Origin: Eubacteriales bacterium
Lineage (GTDB): Bacteria; Bacillota; Clostridia; Oscillospirales; CAG-272
DNA: 64,000 bases
Assembly: GCA_045636605.1 (NCBI GenBank)
Contig: JAZTXV010000014.1
Coordinates: 44,557 to 108,556 of the forward strand
Reading direction: 5' to 3'
Shown: in pieces, positions 20,047-30,515 of the stretch
Numbering within the stretch: the stretch's first letter is position 1
Layout of the letters: every line of letters begins with the position of its first letter
Program-made: the position numbers and the translations under genes
Notes under the pieces: generated by a model
What the model saw: the letters and a program-made list of their open reading frames with translations, nothing else
The model's database searches: none
What the model was told of the DNA's origin: nothing

Positions 20047-21357
20047 ATGTTTCGTACATTGGCTAATGCTTGGAAGGTCGCAGACCTTAAGAAAAAGCTA
20101 TTGTTCACTCTCTTCATAGTCCTGATTTACAGAGTAGGCGCATGCTTGCCTATCCCATATATCCACAGCGGATATATTCAAAACGGCACAGCAAACGGCT
20201 CGGTGCTTAAATTCGTAAGCATCTTGTCCGGTAGCGCTTTCGACTACTCAACATTGTTTGCGCTTGGTGTATCACCGTACATTACCGCATCAATCGTAAT
20301 TCAGCTTCTTACAATCGCAATTCCCGCTCTTGAAAGACTTGCGAAAAGAGGCGAGGAGGGCCAGAAAAAAATAGCTCAAATTACACGTTACATTACAATC
20401 GGTATTTCCCTTGTTACCGCTTGGGGATACTTCTTGATCCTCAGAAGCTACAATGCATTGAGAAAGGAAGGCGTATTCTACGCATTCGTAATCATTGCTT
20501 GTCTTGTAGCAGGCTCGTCACTTGTAATGTGGCTCGCTGAAAAGATAAATGAAAACGGTATCGGAAACGGTATTTCAATCATCCTTTTCGCAAACATCGT
20601 ATCTCGTATGCCTACAACGGCAATTAGTATGATAGATGTAATCTTCGATCACCCAATCGGTGGCTCGATATTCGCAGTGTGCTATGCTGTAATCGTGCTT
20701 GCGCTTGTTTGGTTCATTATCTTTATCACTGACAGTGAAAGAAGAATCCCTGTGCAGTACGCAAAGAAGGTAGTTGGAAGAAAAATGTACGGCGGACAAA
20801 GCTCTAATCTCCCGATTAAGCTTAACATGACCGGTGTAATGCCAATCATCTTCGCAAATGCGATAATCACACTTCCTGCAACGATCGCTATGTTCTTTAA
20901 GACTCCTGAGGAAGGAACCTTCTGGCACGGATTCTTGAGCCTGTTCGCTAACACGTCATGGCTCTATGCTGTATTGCAATTCGCATTGATTATTGCTTTT
21001 GCATACTTCTACGTAGCAATTTCGTTTAATCCAATCGAGGTTGCGGGCAACCTTCAAAAGAACGGTGGCTCAATCCCCGGTATTCGTCCCGGAAAGGCAA
21101 CCTCTGACTTTATCACAAAGGTTCTTTCAAGAATCACACTCATAGGTGCATTGTTCTTGTCTGTAATAGCTGTAATTCCGCTTATTGCGTTCATTGTTAT
21201 GAACTACATTCCGAAGCTTGATGAGTTCACCGCAATATTCTCCAATATTGCATTCGGTGGAACCTCAATCATCATCGTTGTAGGTGTAATTCTTGAAACA
21301 GTAAGAGATCTTGAGGCTCAGATGTCAATGCGTCATTACAAAGGTTTCCTCGAATAA
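20047..21357 (+). CDS. secY: Preprotein translocase subunit SecY
   Basis: LGVSPYITASI, GIGNGISI, IPGIRPG, GGTSIIIVV. Confidence 0.98.
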   Translation: MFRTLANAWKVADLKKKLLFTLFIVLIYRVGACLPIPYIHSGYIQNGTANGSVLKFVSILSGSAFDYSTLFALGVSPYITASIVIQLLTIAIPALERLAKRGEEGQKKIAQITRYITIGISLVTAWGYFLILRSYNALRKEGVFYAFVIIACLVAGSSLVMWLAEKINENGIGNGISIILFANIVSRMPTTAISMIDVIFDHPIGGSIFAVCYAVIVLALVWFIIFITDSERRIPVQYAKKVVGRKMYGGQSSNLPIKLNMTGVMPIIFANAIITLPATIAMFFKTPEEGTFWHGFLSLFANTSWLYAVLQFALIIAFAYFYVAISFNPIEVAGNLQKNGGSIPGIRPGKATSDFITKVLSRITLIGALFLSVIAVIPLIAFIVMNYIPKLDEFTAIFSNIAFGGTSIIIVVGVILETVRDLEAQMSMRHYKGFLE

Positions 21358-21373
21358 TAAAAGGAGAAAACTC

Positions 21374-22024
21374 ATGAGTAAGAATCTCAAGCTTATATTC
21401 CTTGGCGCACCCGGTGCAGGCAAGGGAACACAATCTGACATAGTTGCCGAAAGATATGGTATTCCTACCATCTCAACGGGAAATATGATAAGAGAAGCAA
21501 TTAAAAACAATACTGAAATGGGACTTGCCGCAAAGTCTTACACCGAGAGAGGAGCTCTCGTTCCCGACGAGGTTGTAATCGGCATTATCGCTGAAAGACT
21601 TTCAAGAGAGGATTGCCAAAACGGCTTCATTCTTGACGGCTTCCCCAGAACAGTTCCTCAGGCCGAGGCGCTTGACAATATGGGTATAGAAATTAACTGT
21701 GTTGTCAGCATCGAGGTTCCTGATGATAAAATTGTTGAACGTATGGGCGGCAGACGAGTTTGCCCATGCGGAGCATCATACCACACCGTGTATAAGCCCT
21801 CGGCTAACGGCGAGCTCTGCGAGAAATGCGGAGAAAAGCTTATAATCCGTAAGGACGATGCTCCCGAGGTGGTTTTGAGCAGATTGGAAATATACCACGC
21901 TCAAACAGAGCCTCTTAAGGAATTTTATGGTAAGAAGGGCGTTCTTACGCTTGTTGAGGGACAAGAGAAGGTAGAGGATACTACTGCACTCACTCTTAAG
22001 GCGATAGAGGATGCAATCGCTTAA
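21374..22024 (+). CDS. adk: Adenylate kinase
   Basis: GAPGAGKGTQ, LDGFPR; RBS AAGGAG before ATG 21374. Confidence 0.97.
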   Translation: MSKNLKLIFLGAPGAGKGTQSDIVAERYGIPTISTGNMIREAIKNNTEMGLAAKSYTERGALVPDEVVIGIIAERLSREDCQNGFILDGFPRTVPQAEALDNMGIEINCVVSIEVPDDKIVERMGGRRVCPCGASYHTVYKPSANGELCEKCGEKLIIRKDDAPEVVLSRLEIYHAQTEPLKEFYGKKGVLTLVEGQEKVEDTTALTLKAIEDAIA

Positions 22025-22027
22025 AGT

Positions 22028-22786
22028 ATGATTCAGTTAAAAACACCTAAGCAAATCGAGATAATGAAAACCGCAGGTAGAATTACAGGCGAGGCATTAC
22101 TCGTGGCAAAGGAAATGATTCACGAGGGCGTAACAACCAAGGAAATTGACGACACAATACGCAAATATATCGAGAAATGCGGCGCTAAGCCAACATTTCT
22201 CGGATATGGCGGATTTCCCGGCAGTGCTTGCATAAGTATAAATGAGGAGGTAATACACGGTATTCCATCTCATAAAAGAATACTTAGAAACGGCGACATC
22301 GTCAAAATTGACGTAGGAGCTATGTGGCACGGCTTTACGGGAGATAGCGCAAACACATTTGCAGTCGGTGAAATCTCATCTGAGGCACAGGCTCTCATTG
22401 ATGCTACAAGAGAAAGCTTTTTCGAGGCCATCAGGGCTATCGAAAATGCCGACAACCCACGCATAGGCGATATAGGAAATGCTGTGTCAACCTATGTAGA
22501 GGCAAGGGGCTTTTCTGTGGTAAGAGAGTTCGTAGGACATGGCGTAGGCGCAAATCTCCACGAGGATCCCAACGTTCCCAATTACGGAACGGCAGGACGT
22601 GGACCACGCATCTATCCCGGTATGACACTCGCAATCGAGCCTATGATAAATCAAGGCACGCACGAGGTCAAGGTTCTTGGCGACGGATGGACCGTTGTGA
22701 CAAAGGATGCAAAGCTTTCGGCTCACTATGAGCACAGTATAGCATTTACCGACAACGGAGTAATTCTCTTAACAAAAGCAGACTAA
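22028..22786 (+). CDS. map: Methionine aminopeptidase type I
   Basis: HGIP, GHGVG..LHEDP, AIEPM, SAHYEH. Confidence 0.97.
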   Translation: MIQLKTPKQIEIMKTAGRITGEALLVAKEMIHEGVTTKEIDDTIRKYIEKCGAKPTFLGYGGFPGSACISINEEVIHGIPSHKRILRNGDIVKIDVGAMWHGFTGDSANTFAVGEISSEAQALIDATRESFFEAIRAIENADNPRIGDIGNAVSTYVEARGFSVVREFVGHGVGANLHEDPNVPNYGTAGRGPRIYPGMTLAIEPMINQGTHEVKVLGDGWTVVTKDAKLSAHYEHSIAFTDNGVILLTKAD

Positions 22787-22913
22787 GTGAAAAATAAATG
22801 CTTTCCCAAGCGGCTGTTTATTTGGGAAAACAGAGCTTATCGCACGACTCCGTTACTTAAAGTGCGACAGAATCAAAAATAAGATTACCTAAATTTTAAA
22901 AGGAGCAAAACTC

Positions 22914-23132
22914 ATGGCAAAGGACGATGTTGTTGAATTTGAGGGCGTCGTAACGGAAGCACTTCCGAATGCGACCTTCAAGGTAAAATTGCCTAACGGG
23001 CACATTGTAACTGCCCACATATCAGGCAAGCTAAGATTAAACTATATAAGAATATTGCCCGGTGATAAGGTAACCGTTGAGGTGTCGGTATACGATCTCT
23101 CAAAGGGACGCATCACATGGCGTGCAAAATAA
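22914..23132 (+). CDS. infA: Translation initiation factor IF-1
   Basis: [14 protein letters not shown], 72 aa. Confidence 0.98.
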   Translation: MAKDDVVEFEGVVTEALPNATFKVKLPNGHIVTAHISGKLRLNYIRILPGDKVTVEVSVYDLSKGRITWRAK

Positions 23133-23149
23133 AGAAAGGTGGTTTCATA

Positions 23150-23263
23150 ATGAAAGTAAAGCCTTCCGTAAAGAAAATCTGTGATAAGTGCAAGATCATA
23201 AAGAGAAAGGGCGTCGTAATGGTAATTTGCGAGAACCCTAAGCACAAACAGAGACAGGGCTAA
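23150..23263 (+). CDS. rpmJ: 50S ribosomal protein L36, zinc type (37 aa, below ORF-track cutoff)
   Basis: Manual translation [37 protein letters not shown]. Confidence 0.97.
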   Translation: MKVKPSVKKICDKCKIIKRKGVVMVICENPKHKQRQG

Positions 23264-23310
23264 TTCAAACCAAACCAATAAATATCTATATTTAATGAGG
23301 TGAAAAACTA

Positions 23311-23679
23311 ATGGCTCGTATAGCTGGTGTTGATATTCCAAACGCAAAGCGTGTTGAAATTGCTTTAACATACATTTACGGTATTGGAAGAAAGAGCGCA
23401 CAGGACATTCTTGTTAAGACAGGCATCAATCCTGACACACGCGCAAGAGATTTGACAGAAGATGAAATTGCGAGACTTCGTGAGGAAATCGAAACAAATT
23501 ATCAAGTAGAGGGTGACCTTCGCAGAGAAGTAGCTCTTAACATCAAGCGTCTGGTAGAAATTAACTGCTATCGTGGAACCAGACACAGAAAAGGTCTTCC
23601 TGTAAGAGGACAAAGAACAAAGACAAATGCAAGAACCAGAAAAGGTCCTGCAAAGACGATAGCTAACAAGAAGAAATAA
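23311..23679 (+). CDS. rpsM: 30S ribosomal protein S13
   Basis: [24 protein letters not shown]. Confidence 0.98.
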   Translation: MARIAGVDIPNAKRVEIALTYIYGIGRKSAQDILVKTGINPDTRARDLTEDEIARLREEIETNYQVEGDLRREVALNIKRLVEINCYRGTRHRKGLPVRGQRTKTNARTRKGPAKTIANKKK

Positions 23680-23691
23680 GGAGTGTAGCAA

Positions 23692-24084
23692 ATGGCAAAA
23701 GAAAAGAAGGTTGTTAGAAGACGCCGTGAGCGCAAGAACATCGAAAGAGGTGCCGCTCATATTAGCTCTACGTTTAATAACACAATCGTAACAATCACTG
23801 ACCTTGCCGGAAACACAGTAGCATGGGCTTCCGCAGGTGAGCTCGGATTCAAGGGCTCAAGAAAGTCAACTCCGTTCGCTGCACAAATGGCAGCAGAAGC
23901 GGCTGCAAAGGCAGCAATGGAACACGGAATGAAGACCGTTGAGGTTTATGTAAAGGGACCTGGACAAGGAAGAGAGAGCGCAATCCGTGCACTCGCAACC
24001 GCAGGACTTACCGTTACAATGATTAAGGACGTAACTCCTATCCCTCACAACGGTTGCAGACCACCAAAACGCAGACGTGTTTAA
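23692..24084 (+). CDS. rpsK: 30S ribosomal protein S11
   Basis: [21 protein letters not shown]. Confidence 0.98.
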   Translation: MAKEKKVVRRRRERKNIERGAAHISSTFNNTIVTITDLAGNTVAWASAGELGFKGSRKSTPFAAQMAAEAAAKAAMEHGMKTVEVYVKGPGQGRESAIRALATAGLTVTMIKDVTPIPHNGCRPPKRRRV

Positions 24085-24105
24085 TCAATAAGGAGGTACA
24101 GAAAA

Positions 24106-24747
24106 ATGGCAAGATATACAGGACCTTCATGCAAGCTCTGCCGTAGAGAAGGCGTAAAGCTTTATCTCAAGGGCGACCGTTGCACATCAGGCAAGTGCCC
24201 AATCCCTGCAACAAGAGAAGGCAGAAATGAAGTTGTACATGCTCCCGGACAACACGGTGCAGCAAGAAAGAAGCTCACTGAGTATGGTACTCAAATGAGA
24301 GAAAAGCAAAAGGCTAAGAGATACTACGGTGTTCTCGAAAGACAGTTCTTGAACTACTACAAGAAGGCTGATAACCAGGATGGTATTACAGGTGAGAACC
24401 TTCTCCGTCTCCTTGAGAGAAGACTTGATAACGTAGTATTCAGAATGGGCCTTGCAGCAAGCCACAAGGAGGCTCGTCAGCTCGTTCTTCACGGTCATTT
24501 CACACTTAATGGCCACAAGGCAAATATTCCTTCAATTCTCGTTAAGGTTGGCGATGTAATCGCTCTCAAGCCTACCGAGTCAACAAAGCTTAAGGCTCTC
24601 GTTGAGGGAATGGCAGACGTAAGAGCTCCGAAATGGCTCGAAATCGATAAGAATGCAGGAAGCGCAAAGGTTATCGCAATGCCTGAGCGTGACGATATCG
24701 ACTTCGAAATCAACGAGCAGCTCATCGTTGAACTTTACTCAAAATAA
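24106..24747 (+). CDS. rpsD: 30S ribosomal protein S4
   Basis: [28 protein letters not shown]. Confidence 0.98.
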   Translation: MARYTGPSCKLCRREGVKLYLKGDRCTSGKCPIPATREGRNEVVHAPGQHGAARKKLTEYGTQMREKQKAKRYYGVLERQFLNYYKKADNQDGITGENLLRLLERRLDNVVFRMGLAASHKEARQLVLHGHFTLNGHKANIPSILVKVGDVIALKPTESTKLKALVEGMADVRAPKWLEIDKNAGSAKVIAMPERDDIDFEINEQLIVELYSK

Positions 24748-24905
24748 TAATCGCTCTTTGTATGCTGTACTACTCCGTTTGTTAAAAACGGAGAGTGCAC
24801 AAGAGTGCACGGTACAGTTCAAAAAACAAAAGGTTGTAGCGTAAATTCCTCTCAATAGATGAGAAAAACACAAACAAATGTTAAACACAAGGAGGATTAT
24901 TTATT

Positions 24906-25874
24906 ATGATGATAGAAATCGAAAAGCCTAATATTACTATAATGGGCGAAAGCGATAACGGCAATAAGGGTAGATTTATCATTGAGCCTCTTGAAAGAGG
25001 CTTTGGTACAACTCTTGGAAACGCACTTAGAAGAGTTCTTCTCAGCTCTCTTCCGGGCTATGCTGTATCAAGCATCAAAATCAACGGCGCTCTTCACGAG
25101 ATTTCAACCGTTGAGGGCGTAACAGAGGATGTAACCGAGATAGTTCTTAATGTAAAGGGAATTATCCCCAAAATCTACGGAGACGTTACAAAGACTGCGT
25201 TTATCGACGTAACAGGTCCTTGTGAGGTTACTGCCGGTGACATTAAACATGATGCCGATCTTGAAATCTTCAATCCCGAGCATCACATCGCAACCGTGGC
25301 TGAAGGCTCACACTTCTATATGGAGCTTACCTTCGAGCGTGGTCGTGGATATGTATCTCAGGAAAGAAACAAGCAGGAGCATATAAGAAGTCAGGCGATT
25401 ATTCCAATCGGAACAATCTTCGTTGATTCAATCTATACTCCTATTTACAACGTAAGCTACTCGGTAGAAAATACCCGTGTAGGAAGCATCGCTGACTTCG
25501 ACAAGCTTACAGTTGACATCGAAACAAACGGCACACTAAACGCAACAGAGGCAATATCGCTTGCTGCCAAGGTTCTCAACGATCATTTCACCTTGCTCGT
25601 AGATCTTTCTGACGAGGCAAGAGGAACTGAAACAATGGTTGACCGTCAGGAAACCATCAAGGAAAAGGTACTTGAGATGACCATTGAGGAGCTTGACCTG
25701 TCTGTAAGAAGCTTCAACTGCTTGAAGCGTGCAGGCATAGATACAGTAGAAGACCTTATCAACCGCACAGAAGAGGATATGATTAAGGTTAAGAACCTCG
25801 GAAAGAAATCCCTCGAGGAAGTAATAGCAAAGCTCGCATCTTTGGGCTTGGAACTCAGAAAGGAAGAGGAATAA
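24906..25874 (+). CDS. rpoA: RNA polymerase alpha subunit
   Basis: [31 protein letters not shown]. Confidence 0.98.
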   Translation: MMIEIEKPNITIMGESDNGNKGRFIIEPLERGFGTTLGNALRRVLLSSLPGYAVSSIKINGALHEISTVEGVTEDVTEIVLNVKGIIPKIYGDVTKTAFIDVTGPCEVTAGDIKHDADLEIFNPEHHIATVAEGSHFYMELTFERGRGYVSQERNKQEHIRSQAIIPIGTIFVDSIYTPIYNVSYSVENTRVGSIADFDKLTVDIETNGTLNATEAISLAAKVLNDHFTLLVDLSDEARGTETMVDRQETIKEKVLEMTIEELDLSVRSFNCLKRAGIDTVEDLINRTEEDMIKVKNLGKKSLEEVIAKLASLGLELRKEEE

Positions 25875-25923
25875 TTCATTATTCCACATTCCATAACATA
25901 ACTCTGCAAAGGAGGATAAATCA

Positions 25924-26268
25924 ATGGCAGGAAACAGAAAACTCGGCAGACCTACTGCGCATAGAATGGCAATGCTTCGTGGCATGGTAACCTTGCTCCT
26001 CGAAAACGGCAAGATTGAAACCACCTACGCAAGAGCAAAGGAGCTCAGCGCTGTTGCCGATAAAATGATAACACTTGGCAAGGACGGAAGCCTTGCTGCA
26101 CGCCGTGAGGCTCTTGCTTTCATCACAAAGGAAGATGTAGTAAAGAAGCTTTTCAACGAGATTGCACCAAAGTATGCAGAACGTCACGGTGGATACACAC
26201 AGGTTTATAAGCTCGGTCCCAGACGTGGAGACGCAGCTGAGATGGCTCTTATTAAGCTTGTTGACTAA
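25924..26268 (+). CDS. rplQ: 50S ribosomal protein L17
   Basis: [19 protein letters not shown]. Confidence 0.98.
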   Translation: MAGNRKLGRPTAHRMAMLRGMVTLLLENGKIETTYARAKELSAVADKMITLGKDGSLAARREALAFITKEDVVKKLFNEIAPKYAERHGGYTQVYKLGPRRGDAAEMALIKLVD

Positions 26269-26276
26269 TTTTAAAG

Positions 26277-26310
26277 AAAATCCCTTCGGATTTAATCCGA
26301 AGGGATTTTT
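26277..26310 (+). terminator. Intrinsic terminator of the ribosomal superoperon
   Basis: aaaatcccttcggat-tta-atccgaagggatttt followed by T-run. Confidence 0.88.
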
Positions 26311-26365
26311 ATTTTCGGTAATTTGATGTATGGCATTGATTTTGCCCTCAAAAGCACCGAAATTC

Positions 26366-26394
26366 TTGACAAAGATAATTCTTTATGATAAAAT
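26366..26394 (+). promoter_or_regulatory. SigA promoter
   Basis: TTGACA-17 bp-TAAAAT with TG extension. Confidence 0.7.
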
Positions 26395-26429
26395 ATAATA
26401 TATAGATATATAATCTAAGGAGAATACAT

Positions 26430-28241
26430 ATGAAAAAAAGAATTTTGATGCTTGCGATAGCAGTAATAATGCTTGCGTCAATGCTTGGACTTTTCTCGGT
26501 CTCTATGGCTGCCACAGAGGATGAGGCAGAGTGTACCGTCAAGGTCGAAAACGTCGCAGCAAATGCAACGCTCAGTACACGCTCACCCTGTTGGGTAATC
26601 AAGGATTATCTTGGCAACATGGTTGACGGAGATCCGTCAACGGGTCTGGGAGGCTCTCACGCAGGCGAGGCAGGCGGCGTACATAGATTTTTGGATTTCG
26701 GTGCACCGATTAACATCAGTAAAATCGTAATTTACGTGAATTTTAACGGCACGGATGCAAACGTCTCCGGCACAGATCCAAATCTTAGCTTGATAAGAAA
26801 TCAAGACAAAAAATTCACCATTGTATGTCACCCGCTCGCAGAATCCGGATATAACCGTCTTTTCCAACAGGAATTTACAACCAAGGACAAGATAACGGTT
26901 GAATTCACCTCTGAAAAATGGAGTGACAAGCCTGTTCAGTGCGTTGAAATTTGGAATAGTGACTCGTGGGATAACACCTATATTATCTACGAGGTCGAGA
27001 TTTGGCAGCAAACAGGAGAGCACGCATTCAAGCTTGATAGCGTAACCACAAAGCCCGGATGTGAAACAGCGGGAACGGGAGTTTATAAGTGTGAGTGCGG
27101 CGAGACCAAAACAGGCCCAATTGATCCGACAGGACACATCTCCGATAGCATTTACAAGATTGATACAACAAACAAAACACACTATACAAGCTGTGTTACA
27201 TGCTCAGGCAGAGTTGACGAGGAAGAGCACGATTACGACCATCCCTGTGATGCAACCTGTAACACCTGTGGCGATTTCAGAACAATAAGTGGCCACGAAT
27301 ATTCCGCTGATTGCGACACGGCGTGCGATAAGTGTGACACCCCAAGAACCGCTCTTAAGGACCACGTTTATACCGCCGCTTGTGACGACGAATGTAATGA
27401 CTGTCATATGAAGCGAACGCCAATTTCGGAGCACATTTTTGACAATGCGTGTGATGCCGATTGTAACGTTTGCTCCCTTACAAGAACCCCTGCCGACCAC
27501 GTTTACACCGCCGATTGCGATACCGACTGTAATGTGTGTGCAAGGGTAAGAGATGACGTCATTCCTCACACATATACCAAGGATTGCGATCCCGACTGTA
27601 ATGCTTGCGGATATGAGAGAAAAAACACAACCGAGCATCAGTTCTCAAATGCTTGCGATAAGACGTGTAATGCGTGCGGAATTGAAAGAGAGGTTCCCGA
27701 CCACGTTTATAACAACCGCTGTGACAAAAAATGCCACGAATGCGGAACCAAAAACCCCGATTACATCGAAGGACATAAGTATGCAAATAACTGCGATACA
27801 ACCTGCGATGAATGTGGACACAAAAGGGCAGATACAAGACATATGTGGAGTGACTGGATTCCAATCCTTCCCGCTACCGAAAAGACAACCGGACTACAGG
27901 AGCAGGTCTGCCACGAATGCGGACAAAAGTCCGCCCCCGAGATAATCCCGATGATTATCGTAGATGAAACGGGACTTACAAGGGAGCAGACAACCTTAAT
28001 TTTGGTAATTTGCTTCTCAGTTGTTATCGTAGCATGTACTGCAATCGGATTGTACCAAATGGTATTTAAGAAGATGATAGCAAAGAAGAAGGCTGAAAAG
28101 CTTGCAGCTCAAAATCCACCCGAGCCCGAGCAGGAGCTTGACGAGGATGACGAGGAATATGAGGATGACGAGGAATACGAGGACGACGAGGACGCAGAGG
28201 GCGACTCCGAGGACGATGCCTCAACAGACTCTCAAGAGTAA
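26430..28241 (+). CDS. Membrane-anchored surface protein: signal peptide, discoidin/F5-8C-like domain, tandem Cys/His repeats, C-terminal TM and acidic tail
   Basis: Signal peptide ending SMA-A; MVDGD..LDFG..ISKIVIY..IYEVEIW; nine HxY/FxxxCDxxCxxC repeats; TM LILVICFSVVIVACTAIGLY then KK. Confidence 0.85.
   Translation: MKKRILMLAIAVIMLASMLGLFSVSMAATEDEAECTVKVENVAANATLSTRSPCWVIKDYLGNMVDGDPSTGLGGSHAGEAGGVHRFLDFGAPINISKIVIYVNFNGTDANVSGTDPNLSLIRNQDKKFTIVCHPLAESGYNRLFQQEFTTKDKITVEFTSEKWSDKPVQCVEIWNSDSWDNTYIIYEVEIWQQTGEHAFKLDSVTTKPGCETAGTGVYKCECGETKTGPIDPTGHISDSIYKIDTTNKTHYTSCVTCSGRVDEEEHDYDHPCDATCNTCGDFRTISGHEYSADCDTACDKCDTPRTALKDHVYTAACDDECNDCHMKRTPISEHIFDNACDADCNVCSLTRTPADHVYTADCDTDCNVCARVRDDVIPHTYTKDCDPDCNACGYERKNTTEHQFSNACDKTCNACGIEREVPDHVYNNRCDKKCHECGTKNPDYIEGHKYANNCDTTCDECGHKRADTRHMWSDWIPILPATEKTTGLQEQVCHECGQKSAPEIIPMIIVDETGLTREQTTLILVICFSVVIVACTAIGLYQMVFKKMIAKKKAEKLAAQNPPEPEQELDEDDEEYEDDEEYEDDEDAEGDSEDDASTDSQE
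28143..28193 (+). repeat. 18-bp tandem repeat encoding EDDEEY
   Basis: gaggatgacgaggaatat / gaggatgacgaggaatac / gaggacgacgaggac. Confidence 0.8.
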
Positions 28242-28247
28242 TAACAT

Positions 28248-28277
28248 AAAAAGGTAGGAGCTTGCTCCTGCCTTTTT
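28248..28277. terminator. Intrinsic terminator (possibly bidirectional)
   Basis: aaaaaggtaggagc-tt-gctcctgccttttt. Confidence 0.8.
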
Positions 28278-28449
28278 GCTGTGTAGCTCTCCTTGTTGCA
28301 GCAAGGAGCTTTCGAGGTTGCTGAATTTCTCCTGTAAACACCTTTAAACCACCTTGAAAGCAACGATTTTTGCACATTATTTCTTTGAAATGATAGCAAT
28401 TACGCAAATATATGAACACATTAACATTTGATAATATAAGAACCCAAAG

Positions 28450-28475
28450 AAAAGGCTCCGTTTTCGGAGCCTTTT
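28450..28475 (-). terminator. pfkA terminator
   Basis: aaaaggctccg-tttt-cggagcctttt. Confidence 0.8.
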
Positions 28476-28513
28476 GATGTTGTAAATCTTAATCAATTAC
28501 GGATTTTGCCCGC

Positions 28514-29581
28514 TTAACCGATTGTAAGCATTACGTCGTACATATTTTCAAAGTAAGCACGGCGCTCTGCGCAAAGAGCCTTCATAGCCTCGATTTCCTC
28601 GGCAGAGAATGCATCGAGGTCGCCATCCTTTAGCTTGCCCTTGAACATTCTGTCAACGATAAGAGCCCACTTGATATCAGCATAGGTGATTTTATCGTTT
28701 CTTGAGCAGATAACGAGATCGCTTTTGCCCTGAAGAAGAAGGTCAACTGCCTTGTCACCCATAACAGATGCAAGAGAACGGTCACGAAGCGTAGGAGTAC
28801 CGCCACGAACGATATGAGCGGGACGAACAAATCTCGACTCAATACCCGTGCGTGCCTCAATCTCCTTAGTAAGAGCCTCTCCAAACGCACCACCCAAGCC
28901 CTCGGCAACAACAACCACAAAGCTGTGCTGTCCCTCGGCTCTGAGCTTAATCATCTTCTCAAACATGCGCTCCTTGTCAAAAGGCATCTCAATAAGAGCA
29001 ACGCCCACAGCGCCGAGAGCAATTCCTGTCTCGATTGCGATGTAGCCCGCATCACGTCCCATAACCTCAATAACGATACAGCGAGAGTGTGACTCCGATG
29101 TATCTCTTAACTGGTCGCCCAAGCGAACAATAGAGTTCATAGCTGTATCATAGCCGATTGTATAGTCGGTAGCAGTAACGTCATTGTCGATAGTGCCGGG
29201 AATTCCAATGCAGGGAATACCGCGGATGCTAAGGTCGGTAGCGCCTCTGAATGTGCCGTCACCGCCTATTGCGATAATACCGTCAATATTGTTTCTTTTG
29301 CACGTTTCGATAGCCTTTTGCATACCCTCCTCGTATCTGAACTCATCACAGCGAGCAGAGTAGATAGCCGTACCGCCAAGGGAAATAATTCCGCTGACAT
29401 CGTTTACGGTAAGGGGCTTCAGGTTTTCGTTTATAAGACCTGCGTAGCCGCCGATAATGCCGACAACCTCAACTCCACGTGCAAGCGCAGAGCAGGTAAC
29501 GCTTTTAACTGCCGCATTCATACCGGGAGCATCTCCGCCCGAGGTAAGAATACCGATTTTTCTAAATCTTCTTGTTTCCAT
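28514..29581 (-). CDS. pfkA: ATP-dependent 6-phosphofructokinase
   Basis: TSGGDAPGMNA, GGDGT, PGTIDND, EVMGR (Gly at both ATP-specificity positions). Confidence 0.93.
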   Translation of the reverse strand: METRRFRKIGILTSGGDAPGMNAAVKSVTCSALARGVEVVGIIGGYAGLINENLKPLTVNDVSGIISLGGTAIYSARCDEFRYEEGMQKAIETCKRNNIDGIIAIGGDGTFRGATDLSIRGIPCIGIPGTIDNDVTATDYTIGYDTAMNSIVRLGDQLRDTSESHSRCIVIEVMGRDAGYIAIETGIALGAVGVALIEMPFDKERMFEKMIKLRAEGQHSFVVVVAEGLGGAFGEALTKEIEARTGIESRFVRPAHIVRGGTPTLRDRSLASVMGDKAVDLLLQGKSDLVICSRNDKITYADIKWALIVDRMFKGKLKDGDLDAFSAEEIEAMKALCAERRAYFENMYDVMLTIG

Positions 29582-29645
29582 AAGTAATCTCCTTTAAGGA
29601 TAAATCAAATTTCAAGGGATATTTTACCATATAAAAAAGATAAAA

Positions 29646-30137
29646 TCAATAGATTTCGTTAATTTTATCTATAACATAAGACAGAAGCTGCGATGTCGCC
29701 TCGTGCCTGATTTCATCACGGGAAAGCGTAGGGCAAATACAAAGGCGCTTTGAGTAAGCAATACCCTTGATGCACACTCCGATATAAACGGTTCCAACAG
29801 GCTTTTCGGGAGTTCCGCCACCGGGGCCGGCAATTCCCGTGGTGCTGACTCCAATGTCGGTTTTGCAAGCGAGGCACACACCCTTCGCCATCTGCTCTGC
29901 AACAACCGGGCTAACGGCTCCGTAAGCATCAAGAGAGTCGGGATCTACACCTAAGAGCCCCATTTTCACGGAATTGTCATAGGAAACAACTCCACCCCAA
30001 AAAACGCTTGATGCGCCGGGAATATCTGTAAGACATTTGGCAACCAAGCCACCCGTGCAGGATTCTGCCGTGGAAAGAGTTAAGGAATGCTTTTTTAAAA
30101 GCTCTGTAACGGACAACGCTAAATTCATAATAATCAC
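29646..30137 (-). CDS. CinA C-terminal domain / NMN deamidase (PncC-like)
   Basis: AESCTGG, PGASS, GAVS, TGIAGPGGG..KPVGTV. Confidence 0.9.
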   Translation of the reverse strand: MIIMNLALSVTELLKKHSLTLSTAESCTGGLVAKCLTDIPGASSVFWGGVVSYDNSVKMGLLGVDPDSLDAYGAVSPVVAEQMAKGVCLACKTDIGVSTTGIAGPGGGTPEKPVGTVYIGVCIKGIAYSKRLCICPTLSRDEIRHEATSQLLSYVIDKINEIY

Positions 30138-30283
30138 TCCTTTTTAGCTGAGCCTTTAATATATTTTACCACAATATTTTCCATTAAGCAAGAAAAATGA
30201 AACATTCTATTGACAAAAAGAATAAAATGTTGTAAAATATATGTGTAATTATGATCAAAACCACTTTAGAAGGAGAAAATCAA

Positions 30284-30454
30284 ATGAAAAAGCTACTTGC
30301 ACTTATGCTCGCACTTATTGCATGCTTCACAATGCTCGTATCGTGTGGAGACGATACGGAAAGCTCATCCTCTGAGAGCGAATCCGAAAGCGTTGCAGCG
30401 CCCGAGGGACTTCCTGAGGAAAACTTGGACGTGGATAACGAAATTGAATTTTAA
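30284..30454 (+). CDS. Small acidic lipoprotein, 56 aa
   Basis: RBS AAGGAG, MKK-hydrophobic-LVSC lipobox; own promoter TTGACA(30210-30215)-17-TAAAAT(30233-30238). Confidence 0.75.
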   Translation: MKKLLALMLALIACFTMLVSCGDDTESSSSESESESVAAPEGLPEENLDVDNEIEF

Positions 30455-30461
30455 TTTAAGT

Positions 30462-30490
30462 GAATAAAGCCTTCGTTTCGGGGAATACTT
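30462..30490 (+). promoter_or_regulatory. SigF-like promoter of spoIIR, overlapping a terminator-like hairpin
   Basis: GAATA-14 bp-GGGAATACTT resembles the SigF consensus; spoIIR is SigF-dependent in characterised spore formers. Confidence 0.5.
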
Positions 30491-30515
30491 AACCTGCAAC
30501 GGAGGTTTTTATTTT

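Noticed and set aside
27228..27920. Multiheme cytochrome c call for the Cys/His protein
   Set aside because: Only one CxxCH (CNDCH) occurs; the repeat His lies upstream of the Cys cluster
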